Part shown: positions 33,138 through 43,063 of the stretch, piece after piece
Layout: every line of letters starts with the position of its first letter
Numbering within the stretch: the first letter of the stretch is position 1
Assembly (NCBI GenBank): GCA_965203485.1
Contig: OZ241892.1
Span: 2,592,001 to 2,656,000 of the forward strand
Length of the DNA: 64,000 nt
Origin: Longimicrobiales bacterium
GTDB taxonomy: Bacteria > Gemmatimonadota > Gemmatimonadetes > Longimicrobiales > Gaopeijiaceae
Reading direction: 5' to 3'
Position numbers and translations under genes: made by a program
The notes under the pieces: generated by a model
What the model was told of the DNA's origin: nothing
The model's input: the letters and a program-made list of their open reading frames with translations, nothing else
Databases searched by the model: none

Positions 33138-34043
33138 CTACCAGTCCTTCCTGGGGCGCCTGCCGCGGGCCTGGGGCGGCTTGCGGGTCACCTCGCCAGG
33201 GTCCTCCCGAATGGCCTGCAAGAGCCGCTCGGCCTGCTCGGGGGTCATCCCGGGCGGCTCGCCCGACGCTCCCCGAGCCGCTCCGGACTCGTCCTGCGAA
33301 CCGCCGCCTTGGCCGCTTCGGTCCCCGGACGGCTCGTCCTGCTCGTCCTCCGGTCCGCGGTCGCCGCTGCCGGCATCCGGCTGCTCCTCGCCCTCGCCTT
33401 CCTGGCCCGTCTCGGGGGCCTCGCCCCCCGATGGATCCTGTTCCTCGCCACCATCACCGCCGTCCTGGCCGGCCGAGGGCTGCTCGCCTTGCGCGGGCTC
33501 GGCGCTCGAGTCCCGTCCGTCTTCGCCGCCCTGCTGCCGTTCCTCGCCCTGCGGCTGGTCCAGCGCCTGCATCGCGAACTCGAGGTTGTGCTTGGCGTCG
33601 CCGTCGCCCGGATCGAGGCGCAACGCTTCCTTGTACGCCTCGACGGCCTGCTCCACCTGTTGCTCGCTGAACAACGCGTTGCCCAGGTTGTACCATGCGC
33701 GCGCCGCCCATTCCCGGTCTCCCCTCGCAAGGGCCTCCTGGTACGCTTCGGCGGCGCGCTGGAACTCCTCGCTCTGGTAGAGCGCGTTGCCTTCGTTGAA
33801 TCGGGCGCGCGGCATGCCCGGGGCCGCCCGAAGCGCGTCCAAGTACCGGGCATGCGCCTCCTCGTAGCGGCCCTCCTCGTAGAGCCGGTTCCCTTCTTCG
33901 ACTTCGCGGCGCCCGTCCTGCGCCGCCGCGGCTTCCGGCGCCTCGGCGCCCACCGCCGCGAGGAGCGCCGACACCGCCGAGACCAAGCTCGCGTTCCGCC
34001 GACGGCGGCCGCCCCCGATCCTCCGTCCGGTTCCCTTCGTCAT
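33138..34043 (-). CDS. batC: BatC-like TPR protein
   Basis: TPRs (WYNLGN, ALRLDPGDGDAKHN), acidic Q/E linker, MTPEQAERLL...KDW. Confidence 0.9.
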   Translation of the reverse strand: MTKGTGRRIGGGRRRRNASLVSAVSALLAAVGAEAPEAAAAQDGRREVEEGNRLYEEGRYEEAHARYLDALRAAPGMPRARFNEGNALYQSEEFQRAAEAYQEALARGDREWAARAWYNLGNALFSEQQVEQAVEAYKEALRLDPGDGDAKHNLEFAMQALDQPQGEERQQGGEDGRDSSAEPAQGEQPSAGQDGGDGGEEQDPSGGEAPETGQEGEGEEQPDAGSGDRGPEDEQDEPSGDRSGQGGGSQDESGAARGASGEPPGMTPEQAERLLQAIREDPGEVTRKPPQARGRRPRKDW

Positions 34044-35071
34044 GACCGTTCCCTCCTTCTCCCGCGCGTCGTCCCCCTGCGCCTCTCCGGCAGGACGGCA
34101 TCCAGCACGAGCAGAACCAGCGCCGCTCCCAAGAATATGCGAAACTGTTCCTCGTACTGCGTCGTCTCTCTCGCCTCCAGCTCGCGTCCTCCTTCGCCGA
34201 CGCGCTCCAGCAGCCGGCGCATCCCGTCCTCGCCCGGCCCCGCCCGGTAGTACTCCCCGCCGGTCTGCAAGGCGACGTCCTGCAAGGCGCTCTCGTTCAG
34301 CGCCGTCGTGACGACTTGGCCGTTCTCGTCGCGCCGGTAGCCGCGCCGACGGCCCTGCTCGTCGATGTCGGGCAGGGGCACCCCGCCGGGCGACCCGATC
34401 CCGACCGCGTGGACCGTCGCGCCCGCCTCGACGGCAAGCTGAAGCGCCTCCGCGAGCCCCCCCTCGTGATCCTCGCCGTCGCTGATCAGCACGACGATCC
34501 GATGCTCGCGCGGCGTCTCGTCGAGCGCATCCACGGCGACCCGCAGGGCGCGCCCCAGGTCGGTTCCCTGCACCGGCATGACCCCCGTGTCCATGGCGTT
34601 CAGGAACATCGCAGCCGCCCCGTAGTCCGTCGTGAGCGGGCTCTGCACGAAGGCGTCTCCCGCGAAGGCCACTAGTCCAATCCGGTCTCCGTCCAGGCGG
34701 CCGATCATCCGCCCCACCTCCAGCTTGGCCCGGTCCAAGCGGCTGGGCCGCACGTCGTTCGCGTGCATCGAACGCGACAAGTCCAGCGCCACCACGATGT
34801 CCTGCCCCTCCCGGCGCACCGTCTCGACGCGCGTCCCGAACTGCGGACGCGCCAACGCCAAGCCGAGCGCGGCCACGGCCGCCGCAACCAGAACGGCCTT
34901 CCACCGTCTCGCCACGTCGCTCACCGCCGGATGCAGCTGGCGCACGAGAGCCTTTTGGCCGAACCGGTCCAGCAACGTCCGCCTCCGCCGCCGGCCGTGC
35001 CAGAAAAGGGCGAGCAGCACCGGCACGAGCGCCAAGCTCCAGAACGCCAGGGGATCCGCGAAGCGAAACAT
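34040..35071 (-). CDS. batB: BatB VWA domain protein
   Basis: MIDAS DLSRSM, FAGDA, PLTTD, SDGEDH. Confidence 0.92.
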   Translation of the reverse strand: MFRFADPLAFWSLALVPVLLALFWHGRRRRRTLLDRFGQKALVRQLHPAVSDVARRWKAVLVAAAVAALGLALARPQFGTRVETVRREGQDIVVALDLSRSMHANDVRPSRLDRAKLEVGRMIGRLDGDRIGLVAFAGDAFVQSPLTTDYGAAAMFLNAMDTGVMPVQGTDLGRALRVAVDALDETPREHRIVVLISDGEDHEGGLAEALQLAVEAGATVHAVGIGSPGGVPLPDIDEQGRRRGYRRDENGQVVTTALNESALQDVALQTGGEYYRAGPGEDGMRRLLERVGEGGRELEARETTQYEEQFRIFLGAALVLLVLDAVLPERRRGTTRGRRRERS

Positions 35072-36055
35072 TCAGGGCAGCGTCCCGAGCCAAGTGCGGC
35101 GCAACGCGACTTCGAGCAGCAACAAGACCAGCCCCGCGATCAGGAACCCCTGGAACCGCTCGCCGTACCGGGTGAAGTTCTCGACCAGCATCTCCGTCGT
35201 TTCCAAGCGGTCGATCTCCTCGTATACGTCCGCCAAGCTCCGCCGGTCGGTGGCACGGAAGTACTTGCCCCCCGTCGCCTCCGCGATGGCGCGAAGGCTT
35301 TCTTCGTCCATGTCGGCCTCGGCGACCGCTTGTTGCAGGAAGCTCGGAAACAGAGGCCGCGTTCCCCGCAACGACCCGGCCCCGATCGTGTAGACGCGAA
35401 TCCCGAGCGCCCGCGCCATCTGAGCCGCCGTGAGCGGGTCGATTTCGCCTGCGTTGTTGCGCCCGTCGGTGAGCAGCACGACAACCTTGGAGGACGCTTC
35501 GCTCGTGTGCAGCCTCTTGACGGCCGTGGCCAAGCCCATGCCCACCGCGGTTCCGTCGCCGAGCATCCCCGCTTCCAGGTCCGACACGACCGAAGCGACG
35601 ACCGAGTGGTCCAGCGTCAGCGGCGCCTGCGTGAACGCCCGTCCGGCGAACGCCACCAGTCCGATCCTGTCGTTGGGCCGCCCCGCGGCGAAGTCCGCCG
35701 CCACCGCCTTGGCCGCCTCGAGTCGGTTCGGGGCGATGTCCTCGGCCAGCATCGACGTCGAGACGTCCTGCGCGAGCACGATGTCGATGCCTTCCGCCCG
35801 CGCCGTCTCGCTGGTCACGCCGGTCTGCGGGCGGGCCAGCGCGGCGACGAGGCACGCCAGCGCCAGCGTCCGCAACGCCAGCGGCGCGACTTCCATCCAG
35901 GCCGCTTCGCCGCCGGCCGCCCTCGCTGCCCGTTGCGCGCCCGCGTAGGCCAAGCTCGCCCGCGCCCGGCGGCGGCGCGTCCAGCTCCACCACGAGAGGA
36001 GCGGCAGAAGACAGAGCAGCAGGAGCAACCACGGGCTCTCGAAGCGGAAGATCAT
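35072..36055 (-). CDS. batA: BatA VWA domain protein
   Basis: ALARPQ, DVSTSM, GTAVG, LLTDG.NN.G.IDP. Confidence 0.93.
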   Translation of the reverse strand: MIFRFESPWLLLLLCLLPLLSWWSWTRRRRARASLAYAGAQRAARAAGGEAAWMEVAPLALRTLALACLVAALARPQTGVTSETARAEGIDIVLAQDVSTSMLAEDIAPNRLEAAKAVAADFAAGRPNDRIGLVAFAGRAFTQAPLTLDHSVVASVVSDLEAGMLGDGTAVGMGLATAVKRLHTSEASSKVVVLLTDGRNNAGEIDPLTAAQMARALGIRVYTIGAGSLRGTRPLFPSFLQQAVAEADMDEESLRAIAEATGGKYFRATDRRSLADVYEEIDRLETTEMLVENFTRYGERFQGFLIAGLVLLLLEVALRRTWLGTLP

Positions 36056-37272
36056 CGGGAAGCCCCCTCACGCCGGGCGCCCCGGCCGCTCTCGCCCAGC
36101 TCCGTCTCGTCCACGTCCGCGCCTCCGTCGCCGTCGCCGTCGCCGTCCCCGCTCTCCATCCGCCCGCTGGTCGCTTCGACGATCGCCCTCGCCTTGGCCG
36201 GCGGCTGGACGCTGGCGCAGGATGCGGCGGCCGCCCCGCTGGTCGCTTCGACGATTGCCCTCGCCTTGGCCAGCGCATCCAGCGAGTCCCCGGCCGACGG
36301 CCGCAACTTGGCGAACTTCACCAAGTCGCACGCCTCCAGAAATTCGCGAACCTGCTCGCAGAGCCCGGCGTCCAGCGCGGCGCGCCGCATCTCGGCCGCC
36401 ACCTCGCCCGTGGTCAGCTCCAGGGCGGGAACCTCCAGCTTGCCCTCCAGGTAGGTCCGCACGATGTCGGAGGCGCGCACATGGAACTCCTTGACGCGGC
36501 CCTGTTCGAGGAGCGGGGACGCCTCGAGCTCCGCCAAGGCCTCCAGCGCCACGAGATGGTGCGGCCGGGGCGGCGGACCGGGCTTGCCGGGCACGGGACC
36601 CGGCGGTCGCCGACGCCGACGGCGCGCGAGGAGGGCCACGGCCGCTCCGGCAACGGCGGCGGCCAGTCCGAAGAGCGCCGCGCCCCACCAGCTTCGGGGC
36701 ACCGACAGCGGCCCCTTGATGTCCCGGATCGCGCCCGTCTCGTCCAGCCCGACGCTCACGACGCCGATGCGGAACGGGTCCGTGCCGAGCGTGTCCAGCA
36801 CGCCGTCCGGGCCGGCCACCACGAGCGGCAAGGACGGAATGTCCAGCTCGCCCAGCTCGAAGCTGGTGACGACGAGTCGGGCCTCCGACCGCATCCGTCC
36901 TCCTTCGCTGCCCGGGTCGGGCGCGGGGGGGTCCGCCTCGAAGCGCAACGCCTCGAACGCGCCCAAGTCGAACGAATCCGGCCACTGGACCGACCAGCCG
37001 GACGGATGCGCCACCGACAGCCGCACCGTCACGCGGTCGCCCACGTGCATCTCGGTCGTGTCCGCGAAGGCCGCGGCCAGGAAGTCCTGCGAGCCGGCCC
37101 GGCCGAGCGCCGCCGCGTCGGAAGCGCCCAGCCCGCCCAGCCATCCGGCAACCCCCAAGCAGAGCCGGCCCGGCCCATGGCGCAACCACGGTCCCGGCCG
37201 CTTCCTCCGCGTCCCTTCCTCTGGAAACAGCTCCCGTCCGCCCGCGCGGCCGGGCCACTCCGCCGGCCTCAC
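36052..37272 (-). CDS. Bat-operon membrane protein (DUF4381/BatD-like)
   Basis: IRDIKGP + TM + ALEALAEL...ALELTT...DLVKFAK; GTG overlaps the DUF58 stop. Confidence 0.8.
   Translation of the reverse strand: MRPAEWPGRAGGRELFPEEGTRRKRPGPWLRHGPGRLCLGVAGWLGGLGASDAAALGRAGSQDFLAAAFADTTEMHVGDRVTVRLSVAHPSGWSVQWPDSFDLGAFEALRFEADPPAPDPGSEGGRMRSEARLVVTSFELGELDIPSLPLVVAGPDGVLDTLGTDPFRIGVVSVGLDETGAIRDIKGPLSVPRSWWGAALFGLAAAVAGAAVALLARRRRRRPPGPVPGKPGPPPRPHHLVALEALAELEASPLLEQGRVKEFHVRASDIVRTYLEGKLEVPALELTTGEVAAEMRRAALDAGLCEQVREFLEACDLVKFAKLRPSAGDSLDALAKARAIVEATSGAAAASCASVQPPAKARAIVEATSGRMESGDGDGDGDGGADVDETELGESGRGARREGASR
36163..36271. repeat. 37-bp in-frame direct repeat (period 72)
   Basis: CCCGCTGGTCGCTTCGACGAT(C/T)GCCCTCGCCTTGGCC twice; encodes AKARAIVEATSG twice. 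Confidence 0.9.
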
Positions 37273-38147
37273 CGCGCCCTCCGCGTCCGCCCCTCGAAGA
37301 ACCTTCGCAGCGACCGCTCGTACGGCTCGCCCGTCGTCACGTCCACCGAGTCCACGCCGCAACGCCGAAACAGCTCGTCCTGCTCCTCGCGCTCCCGCGC
37401 CGCGGCCTCGCGAAACCGTTCCCTAAAGGCCGGGCTCGACGTTCGCACCAGCACGCGCCGTCCCGTTTCGGGGTCCTCCAAGTCCACCAGGCCCAGCGGC
37501 GGCAACTCCCTCTCGCGCACGTCGCCCACCCGCACGGCCACCAAGTCGTGCCGCCTCGCAGCGACGCCCAGCGCCCGCTCGTGCCCCTCGGCCATGAAGT
37601 CCGACACCAGAAACACGACCGACCGCCGCTTGGCCACCAGCGCCAAGTACTCCAGCGCCCCTGCGATGTCCGTGCCCTTCCCCTCCGGCTCGTGGTACAG
37701 CAGCTCGCGCAGCACCCGCAGGCCATGGCGCCGCCCCTTGCGGGGAGGCACAAACCGCTCGATACGGTCCGAGAACAGAATCAGCCCGACCTTGTCGTTG
37801 TTCTTGATCGCGCTGAACGCCACGACCCCGCACAACTCCGCCGCCAGCTCCGACTTCTTGCGCTCCCTCGTGCCGAAGGCCGCCGACGCGCTCGCGTCCG
37901 CCACGAGCATCACCGTGAGCTCGCGCTCCTCCTCGTACACCTTCACGTGCGGCGCGCCCGTGCGGGCGGTGACGTTCCAGTCGATGCCCCGGATGTCGTC
38001 GCCGTAACGGTACTCGCGCACTTCCGCGAAGCTCATCCCGCGGCCCTTGAAGACGGAATGGTACTCGCCCGAGAACACCTCGTTCACCAGGCCTCGCGTC
38101 GTGATCTCGATGCGGCGCACCTGCTTGAGGATCTCGCGGGAAATCAC
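37269..38147 (-). CDS. DUF58 family protein
   Basis: FKGRGMSFAEVREY..GDD.R.IDWNVTAR, EERE. Confidence 0.95.
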   Translation of the reverse strand: MISREILKQVRRIEITTRGLVNEVFSGEYHSVFKGRGMSFAEVREYRYGDDIRGIDWNVTARTGAPHVKVYEEERELTVMLVADASASAAFGTRERKKSELAAELCGVVAFSAIKNNDKVGLILFSDRIERFVPPRKGRRHGLRVLRELLYHEPEGKGTDIAGALEYLALVAKRRSVVFLVSDFMAEGHERALGVAARRHDLVAVRVGDVRERELPPLGLVDLEDPETGRRVLVRTSSPAFRERFREAAAREREEQDELFRRCGVDSVDVTTGEPYERSLRRFFEGRTRRAR

Positions 38148-38295
38148 GGCGCGGCGGCCTCACCCGCGACGACGGGCCCCGTCCCAGCGCCAGCGCGGGG
38201 TCCAAGCGGACGCGCGCGCTCCAAACGGGTCTCCGCCGCGCCGGCGGACTCCATCTCCGTCCGGGCGCCGCGCCCACGCGCACCTACCCGCTCGC

Positions 38296-39285
38296 TCACG
38301 GCACCTCGACGGTGTCGAGCACGCGCGCGACGATGTCTTCGGGCGCCACCTCCTCGGCCTCGGCTTCGTAGGTGACCAGCACCCGGTGGCGCAGCACGTC
38401 CATCGCCACCGAGCGAACGTCCTCGGGCGTCACGTAGCCGCGCCGGCGCAGGAACGCCCTGGCCCTGGCCGTCTTCGCCAAGTAGATGGTGGCGCGCGGC
38501 GACGCTCCGAACGAGACGAGCGGCTCCAGGTCGGCCAGCCCGTGCTCCCTGGGCGCCCGCGTCGCAAACACGAGCTCGACGATGTACCGCTCGACTTGGC
38601 TGTCCATGTAGATCGACTCGGCCGCCCGCCTCGCGGCCACGATCTCTTCCGGCGTGACCACCGCCTGCGCCCGCGGCAAGTCCGACCCGCTCATCCTGCG
38701 CAGCACCTCGAGCTCCTCCTCCTTCGACGGATAGCCCACAGCCAGCTTGAGCATGAATCGGTCCACCTGCGCCTCGGGAAGCGGATACGTCCCTTCCTGG
38801 TCAATGGGGTTTTGGGTCGCGAGCACGAGGAACGGCGCCGGGAGCGGAAACGTGTTCTCGCCGATCGTGACCGTCCGTTCCTGCATCGCCTCCAGCAAAG
38901 CCGACTGCACCTTGGCGGGAGACCGGTTGATCTCGTCGGCCAAGATCACGTTGGCGAACACCGGCCCCTTGCGCGTCTTGAACTCCGTCTCGCGCGGATC
39001 GTACACCAGCGTGCCGATCAAGTCCGCCGGCAGCAGGTCCGGCGTGAACTGAATCCGCTGAAACGAGGTCTGAACCGCGTCCGCGAGCGTCCGCACCGTC
39101 AGCGTCTTGGCCAGCCCGGGCACCCCCTCCATCAGCACGTGCCCGTCCGACACCAGCCCGATGAGAAGCCGCTCGATCATCGCCTTCTGCCCGACGACCA
39201 CCCGCCCGACCTCCGCGAACAGCCGGTCCACGAACGCGCTGGCCTCCTTGATTCGCTCTTGGATGACTTCTATGTCTCGATCCAT
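38296..39285 (-). CDS. moxR: MoxR family AAA+ ATPase
   Basis: EGVPGLAKT, RIQFTPDL.P.D, ADEINR, ATQNP, LPEAQVDRF. Confidence 0.97.
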   Translation of the reverse strand: MDRDIEVIQERIKEASAFVDRLFAEVGRVVVGQKAMIERLLIGLVSDGHVLMEGVPGLAKTLTVRTLADAVQTSFQRIQFTPDLLPADLIGTLVYDPRETEFKTRKGPVFANVILADEINRSPAKVQSALLEAMQERTVTIGENTFPLPAPFLVLATQNPIDQEGTYPLPEAQVDRFMLKLAVGYPSKEEELEVLRRMSGSDLPRAQAVVTPEEIVAARRAAESIYMDSQVERYIVELVFATRAPREHGLADLEPLVSFGASPRATIYLAKTARARAFLRRRGYVTPEDVRSVAMDVLRHRVLVTYEAEAEEVAPEDIVARVLDTVEVP

Positions 39286-39631
39286 GGCCCCTTCGCTGTG
39301 CTCGCTGGTGTTGTGTTTTGGGACTGAGGGTTGGCCGCCGGGCAATGCCGCAACGGCCCCTCGGTTCGCAGAAACCTAGCTGTGCGCGCCGACGACGCGC
39401 CGCCGTCCGAAACCGCAAGAACAATGGATGCCGAAGAAAGCCGAAGGGTTGCCTTCGGCAGGCCCGGCGCCGCAACAACTGGCCGCCCCGGCTTCGTTGC
39501 CCGGACCTTCCAGCAACTCGGTGGCGCCGACGCGCCCTTCAGGCCAACCGACGGGCGTTGGCCCCGAACGCGCCCTCACCGACATTCGAGGCCCCCGGTC
39601 CCTCCATGGCCAACAACCATCGCGCACCCAC

Positions 39632-40126
39632 TCAACGGCCGCCCGACGACGCCACGAGCCGGGCAATCGCCTTGGCGTGCTGCAGCACCTGGGATAGACG
39701 ACAATATAGGTCCGCGGTCGCGCAAGCACGGGGAGTGGCCAGAAACCGAAAGCTAGGTTCCTCTTCCTTGGCAAGCAGATACCATCCCTTGAGCTCAATG
39801 CCAAGAAGCACGTCTGCTGGGTCAGCAGCGCTCTGAAAACGAACGTCGGGGAATGTTTGAGGTTGTCGCACGAAGGAATACATGAAATACCGATTGGCCG
39901 GATCCCAAGACCGCCGAAGCCCATTGAGTGTGCGAACCACGCCTTCCTCTATCACTGCCCCGAGCAACGCGTTCAAGCTGAACAGGTCGGTCGTTTGAAC
40001 GCCGCGAATCACGACGTCGGAACTGAAGGTTGCCGGCACAGCGAAGACCGCTTCTCGTACTCGCTCATATAGCGAGTGATGTTTCCAAGACGCTGGAGGT
40101 GGATTCCTGGATGGTGGAATGGTCAT
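39632..40126 (-). pseudogene. PD-(D/E)xK restriction endonuclease, frameshifted/truncated
   Basis: QTFPDV...LGIELKGW core; a plausible continuation (IVVYP) is in another frame near 39705; lies downstream of the MTase. Confidence 0.65.
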
Positions 40127-40142
40127 GGGGAAGGCGGCAGGA

Positions 40143-41201
40143 TCAAACGAGCCGTAGATTTTGTTGCCGAAGCCGCTGCACGGCGGCAGCGTAGTACTCG
40201 GGCAACACCTCGGCAGAATAGCAAGCCCTGTCGATGTCGGCGCAAACCATGGCAGCAGTACAGAGCCCGCCAAAGGGTTCCCATACCACGTCGCCGACCT
40301 CCGATGTGGCGTCAATGATGCTCCAGGTTAGCTTCCGGGGCTTCTGGTTCGCGTGAATGAACCTGCCCGAGCCATCTGCTCGTCGCACGCGTTCTTCGCC
40401 GCGCACGGCAGGACAGGACCATACATTTGTGATTCCAAGGCGAAGCTTGAACTTAGATCTCATGCGAGCCCACGCCGAAGCTGTCAAGGGCAGTCGCCCG
40501 TCCAAGGAAAAATAGGGCATTCCGTCGGGGTGCCCGTGCGCATTGGCGAAGTCCGCCAAGCACTGAAATGCGTCCGGCGGCGGAAAGTACCACACGTGAT
40601 CCTTGGTGAGGTACTTGCGCGTAGCCGCGTTCCGTACTCCGCAAGCCTCATTGGACCGGCTGAGGGGAAGACCAGAGCGTTCCCATTCCCAGCGAAGCCA
40701 TTCCTTGATGCCCAGCACCCGCCCGCCGACCTTGAACGTCGGCCTCTTCACGTATTGCGCGCAGATTTCCGTGACGACGGGAAACCGCCGAAGCGTCTTC
40801 GAGTTCGTATTTCCCGAGACGTGCGCGATTCCCTTGTCCCAGATATTGCAACCGACGTACTCCCAACCGTGTGCCAACAGCAAGGGATGAACCGTGGCCC
40901 AGCCGACCTCGGTGTTCCAGAACCAGAGAGTGGTCTCGCCGGTGGCGGCACTGGACCATTGCTCCACGTGCGGCCGGTACCAACCGACCAAGCCGTCGGG
41001 CGTCGGCGTGTCGCCTGGGAAGCCCGAAACGCCGTAGGCTCCGTCCGAAACGATGACGACGGGCGCGGGCCAGGTGCGATACAGACGCAACGCATCGCCT
41101 AGGAAGACTTGGACACCTGCTCTGCGCGCAACCCGGGGTTGCGCACCGGACAGGCGACCGGCGGCGGACCGGGAGGAGACCGAAGCTACGGAGGCAACCA
41201 T
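40143..41201 (-). CDS. Amino (N4-C/N6-A) DNA methyltransferase, beta class
   Basis: GDAL, motif IV variant SDGAY, TNVW, HANQKP, motif I WEPFGGLCT. Confidence 0.88.
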   Translation of the reverse strand: MVASVASVSSRSAAGRLSGAQPRVARRAGVQVFLGDALRLYRTWPAPVVIVSDGAYGVSGFPGDTPTPDGLVGWYRPHVEQWSSAATGETTLWFWNTEVGWATVHPLLLAHGWEYVGCNIWDKGIAHVSGNTNSKTLRRFPVVTEICAQYVKRPTFKVGGRVLGIKEWLRWEWERSGLPLSRSNEACGVRNAATRKYLTKDHVWYFPPPDAFQCLADFANAHGHPDGMPYFSLDGRLPLTASAWARMRSKFKLRLGITNVWSCPAVRGEERVRRADGSGRFIHANQKPRKLTWSIIDATSEVGDVVWEPFGGLCTAAMVCADIDRACYSAEVLPEYYAAAVQRLRQQNLRLV

Positions 41202-41473
41202 GGTCCCGAAGCTTGGCGGGCTTCCAGGGTCGGCGCAAGCATGGCGGTCGCCGCCGTTTGCCGGAGACGCCGGGTTCGCGGGGATCGCCCTCGGGCGACC
41301 TGCTGGCGCTGCCGCGCAAAGCGCTTCGTAGATGAAGGCATCACGAACGCGCGCCGACCCCGAATAGAAACCGGTACCACTGCGGCAGTAGAAGTGCTTG
41401 GGCGCCCAATTCGTTCAGGTCATTGTTGATCATCGCGCTTTCTCGAATTGCGCTGGCGCCGCCGACGCACCGC

Positions 41474-42148
41474 TCAACCACGCCACCCGTCGGTGGGTAA
41501 GCGGACGACACGGCTTTCAACCCCCTCCGGCGGACGAGGCGGGCGTGAACCCGGCGGCGGAGGCCGGCAACTGTCGCGATCTTCGTCCGCCAGCGTGTCC
41601 AGCCCGACCCACAGCACCAACGTGGTGTCGCGCGGCTCGCTCCACTCGACGACCACGTCCAGTCGCGTGCGGAAGCCGGCCTCGTAGCTGAAGCGCACCG
41701 GCTCGCCCGCTGCCACCGTCGCCTCTATCTTGCCGTCCCCAAGCATGTCGCGGGCGGTGATGGTCCAAGCGCCCGTGCGGGGCTGCACGACTTGAAAGCA
41801 TCCGGAGAGCGACAGACCCGCTACCGGGACAGGGGAACTCCGATAGCCACCGCGACCGCCTTCGACGGCGAATCGCGCCCACCCGCCCCCGTCCCGAAGC
41901 GTCTGCAAGAGGCGGGCCAGCTGCGCGTCGGCCAAGCCCGGCGCGACAGCGAGAGCCCACGCCGCCGCCGCGAGCTGCACGAGCGCGCCGCGCGCCGCGC
42001 GCCCGCAGCCTTCCCGGCCCGCCACGAATCCGACGACGCCGCTTCGACGCACAGTAAACGGCATTCGGAGCACCTTCTTTACCATTAGCGACAACCCTCG
42101 GCCGACCGGCGGTGGCCGAAGCGGCCAAGGGTGCGGTCCAGCGGTCAC
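41474..42148 (-). CDS. Hypothetical exported protein
   Basis: Signal-like segment ending in ADA-Q and a beta-rich mature region; start uncertain. Confidence 0.65.
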   Translation of the reverse strand: MTAGPHPWPLRPPPVGRGLSLMVKKVLRMPFTVRRSGVVGFVAGREGCGRAARGALVQLAAAAWALAVAPGLADAQLARLLQTLRDGGGWARFAVEGGRGGYRSSPVPVAGLSLSGCFQVVQPRTGAWTITARDMLGDGKIEATVAAGEPVRFSYEAGFRTRLDVVVEWSEPRDTTLVLWVGLDTLADEDRDSCRPPPPGSRPPRPPEGVESRVVRLPTDGWRG

Positions 42149-42403
42149 GCACGACCGCGGAGACCCCCTTTAGCCGTCACAAGATAGGTTCCGTGATCGT
42201 AGCGAACAACTTCTGGAACACGAAGAACCGGCTGCGCTCCAGGCCGCCCATGCCGGGCCGACGACCGTTGCGCGGTCGCCCACGAACCGGTCCATTGGGA
42301 ATACATGATCGATCAAGCCCGCACCCCCCGGGCAAGGACGACCAACTTCCGGCTTGGTCGATCCCATCCCGCGCGGCCTGCTTCAAGAGGGAACGGCGAT
42401 CTC

Positions 42404-42814
42404 GTGACTTCCTACGCGCTCCATCGGCTGGCCGACATCCTGCTTCTCGCTTTCCATGGCTCGCTCGTGGTCTTCAACGCCTGCGGTTGGGCTTGGCGAA
42501 GAACGAGACGCCTTCATCTGTGCACGATTGCGGCGACGCTCGCATCCTGGTTCGGCCTCGGTCTTGTCTACGGCTGGGGATATTGCCCGCTGACCGACTG
42601 GCACTGGCGCGTGAAGCACGCGCTGGGAGAGGCCGCATTGCCAGCTTCGTGGGTGAAGTACCATCTGGACCGGATCACCGGGCTCGCTTGGGACCCGGCC
42701 GTCGTGGACGCGCTCGTCGTCGCCACGGCCACGGCGGCTCTGGGCTTGTCCGCTTGCTTGACGTACAGGGACCGCAGGGCCAGTCGACTTGGCTGCGCGA
42801 CAAGTCGGCGCTGA
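42404..42814 (+). CDS. DUF2784 family membrane protein
   Basis: LAD..LL.FH, GWGYCPLTDW.W. Confidence 0.8.
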   Translation: MTSYALHRLADILLLAFHGSLVVFNACGWAWRRTRRLHLCTIAATLASWFGLGLVYGWGYCPLTDWHWRVKHALGEAALPASWVKYHLDRITGLAWDPAVVDALVVATATAALGLSACLTYRDRRASRLGCATSRR

Positions 42815-42845
42815 GTCCAGCCAGAGAGGGGACCCGCCGACTTCC

Positions 42846-42881
42846 CACAGATTCTCCGACAAATTGTCCCTAGAATCTGTC
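42846..42881. repeat. Tripartite GACARATTC motif, copy 1
   Basis: CACAGATTC-TCC-GACAAATTG-TCCCTA-GAATCTGTC. Confidence 0.7.
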
Positions 42882-43063
42882 CGCCCGCGCCTGGGCATCG
42901 CGGACGCCCCGACGTCCCGCACGGCAGCGAGCTGGAACCGATGGCGCCTTGCCCGTCTTGACGAGACCGCGCACCCTAATGGGACGCTCCCGGCGGCCCG
43001 GCGCCGCTCGAAGCGGAGAGCCGGCCCGCCCCGTCCTGCCGCTTGCCGAGGATTCCGTTCGTC

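Noticed and set aside
30348..39285. moxR-DUF58-bat operon as a novel system
   Set aside because: Well-known conserved operon in the canonical order.
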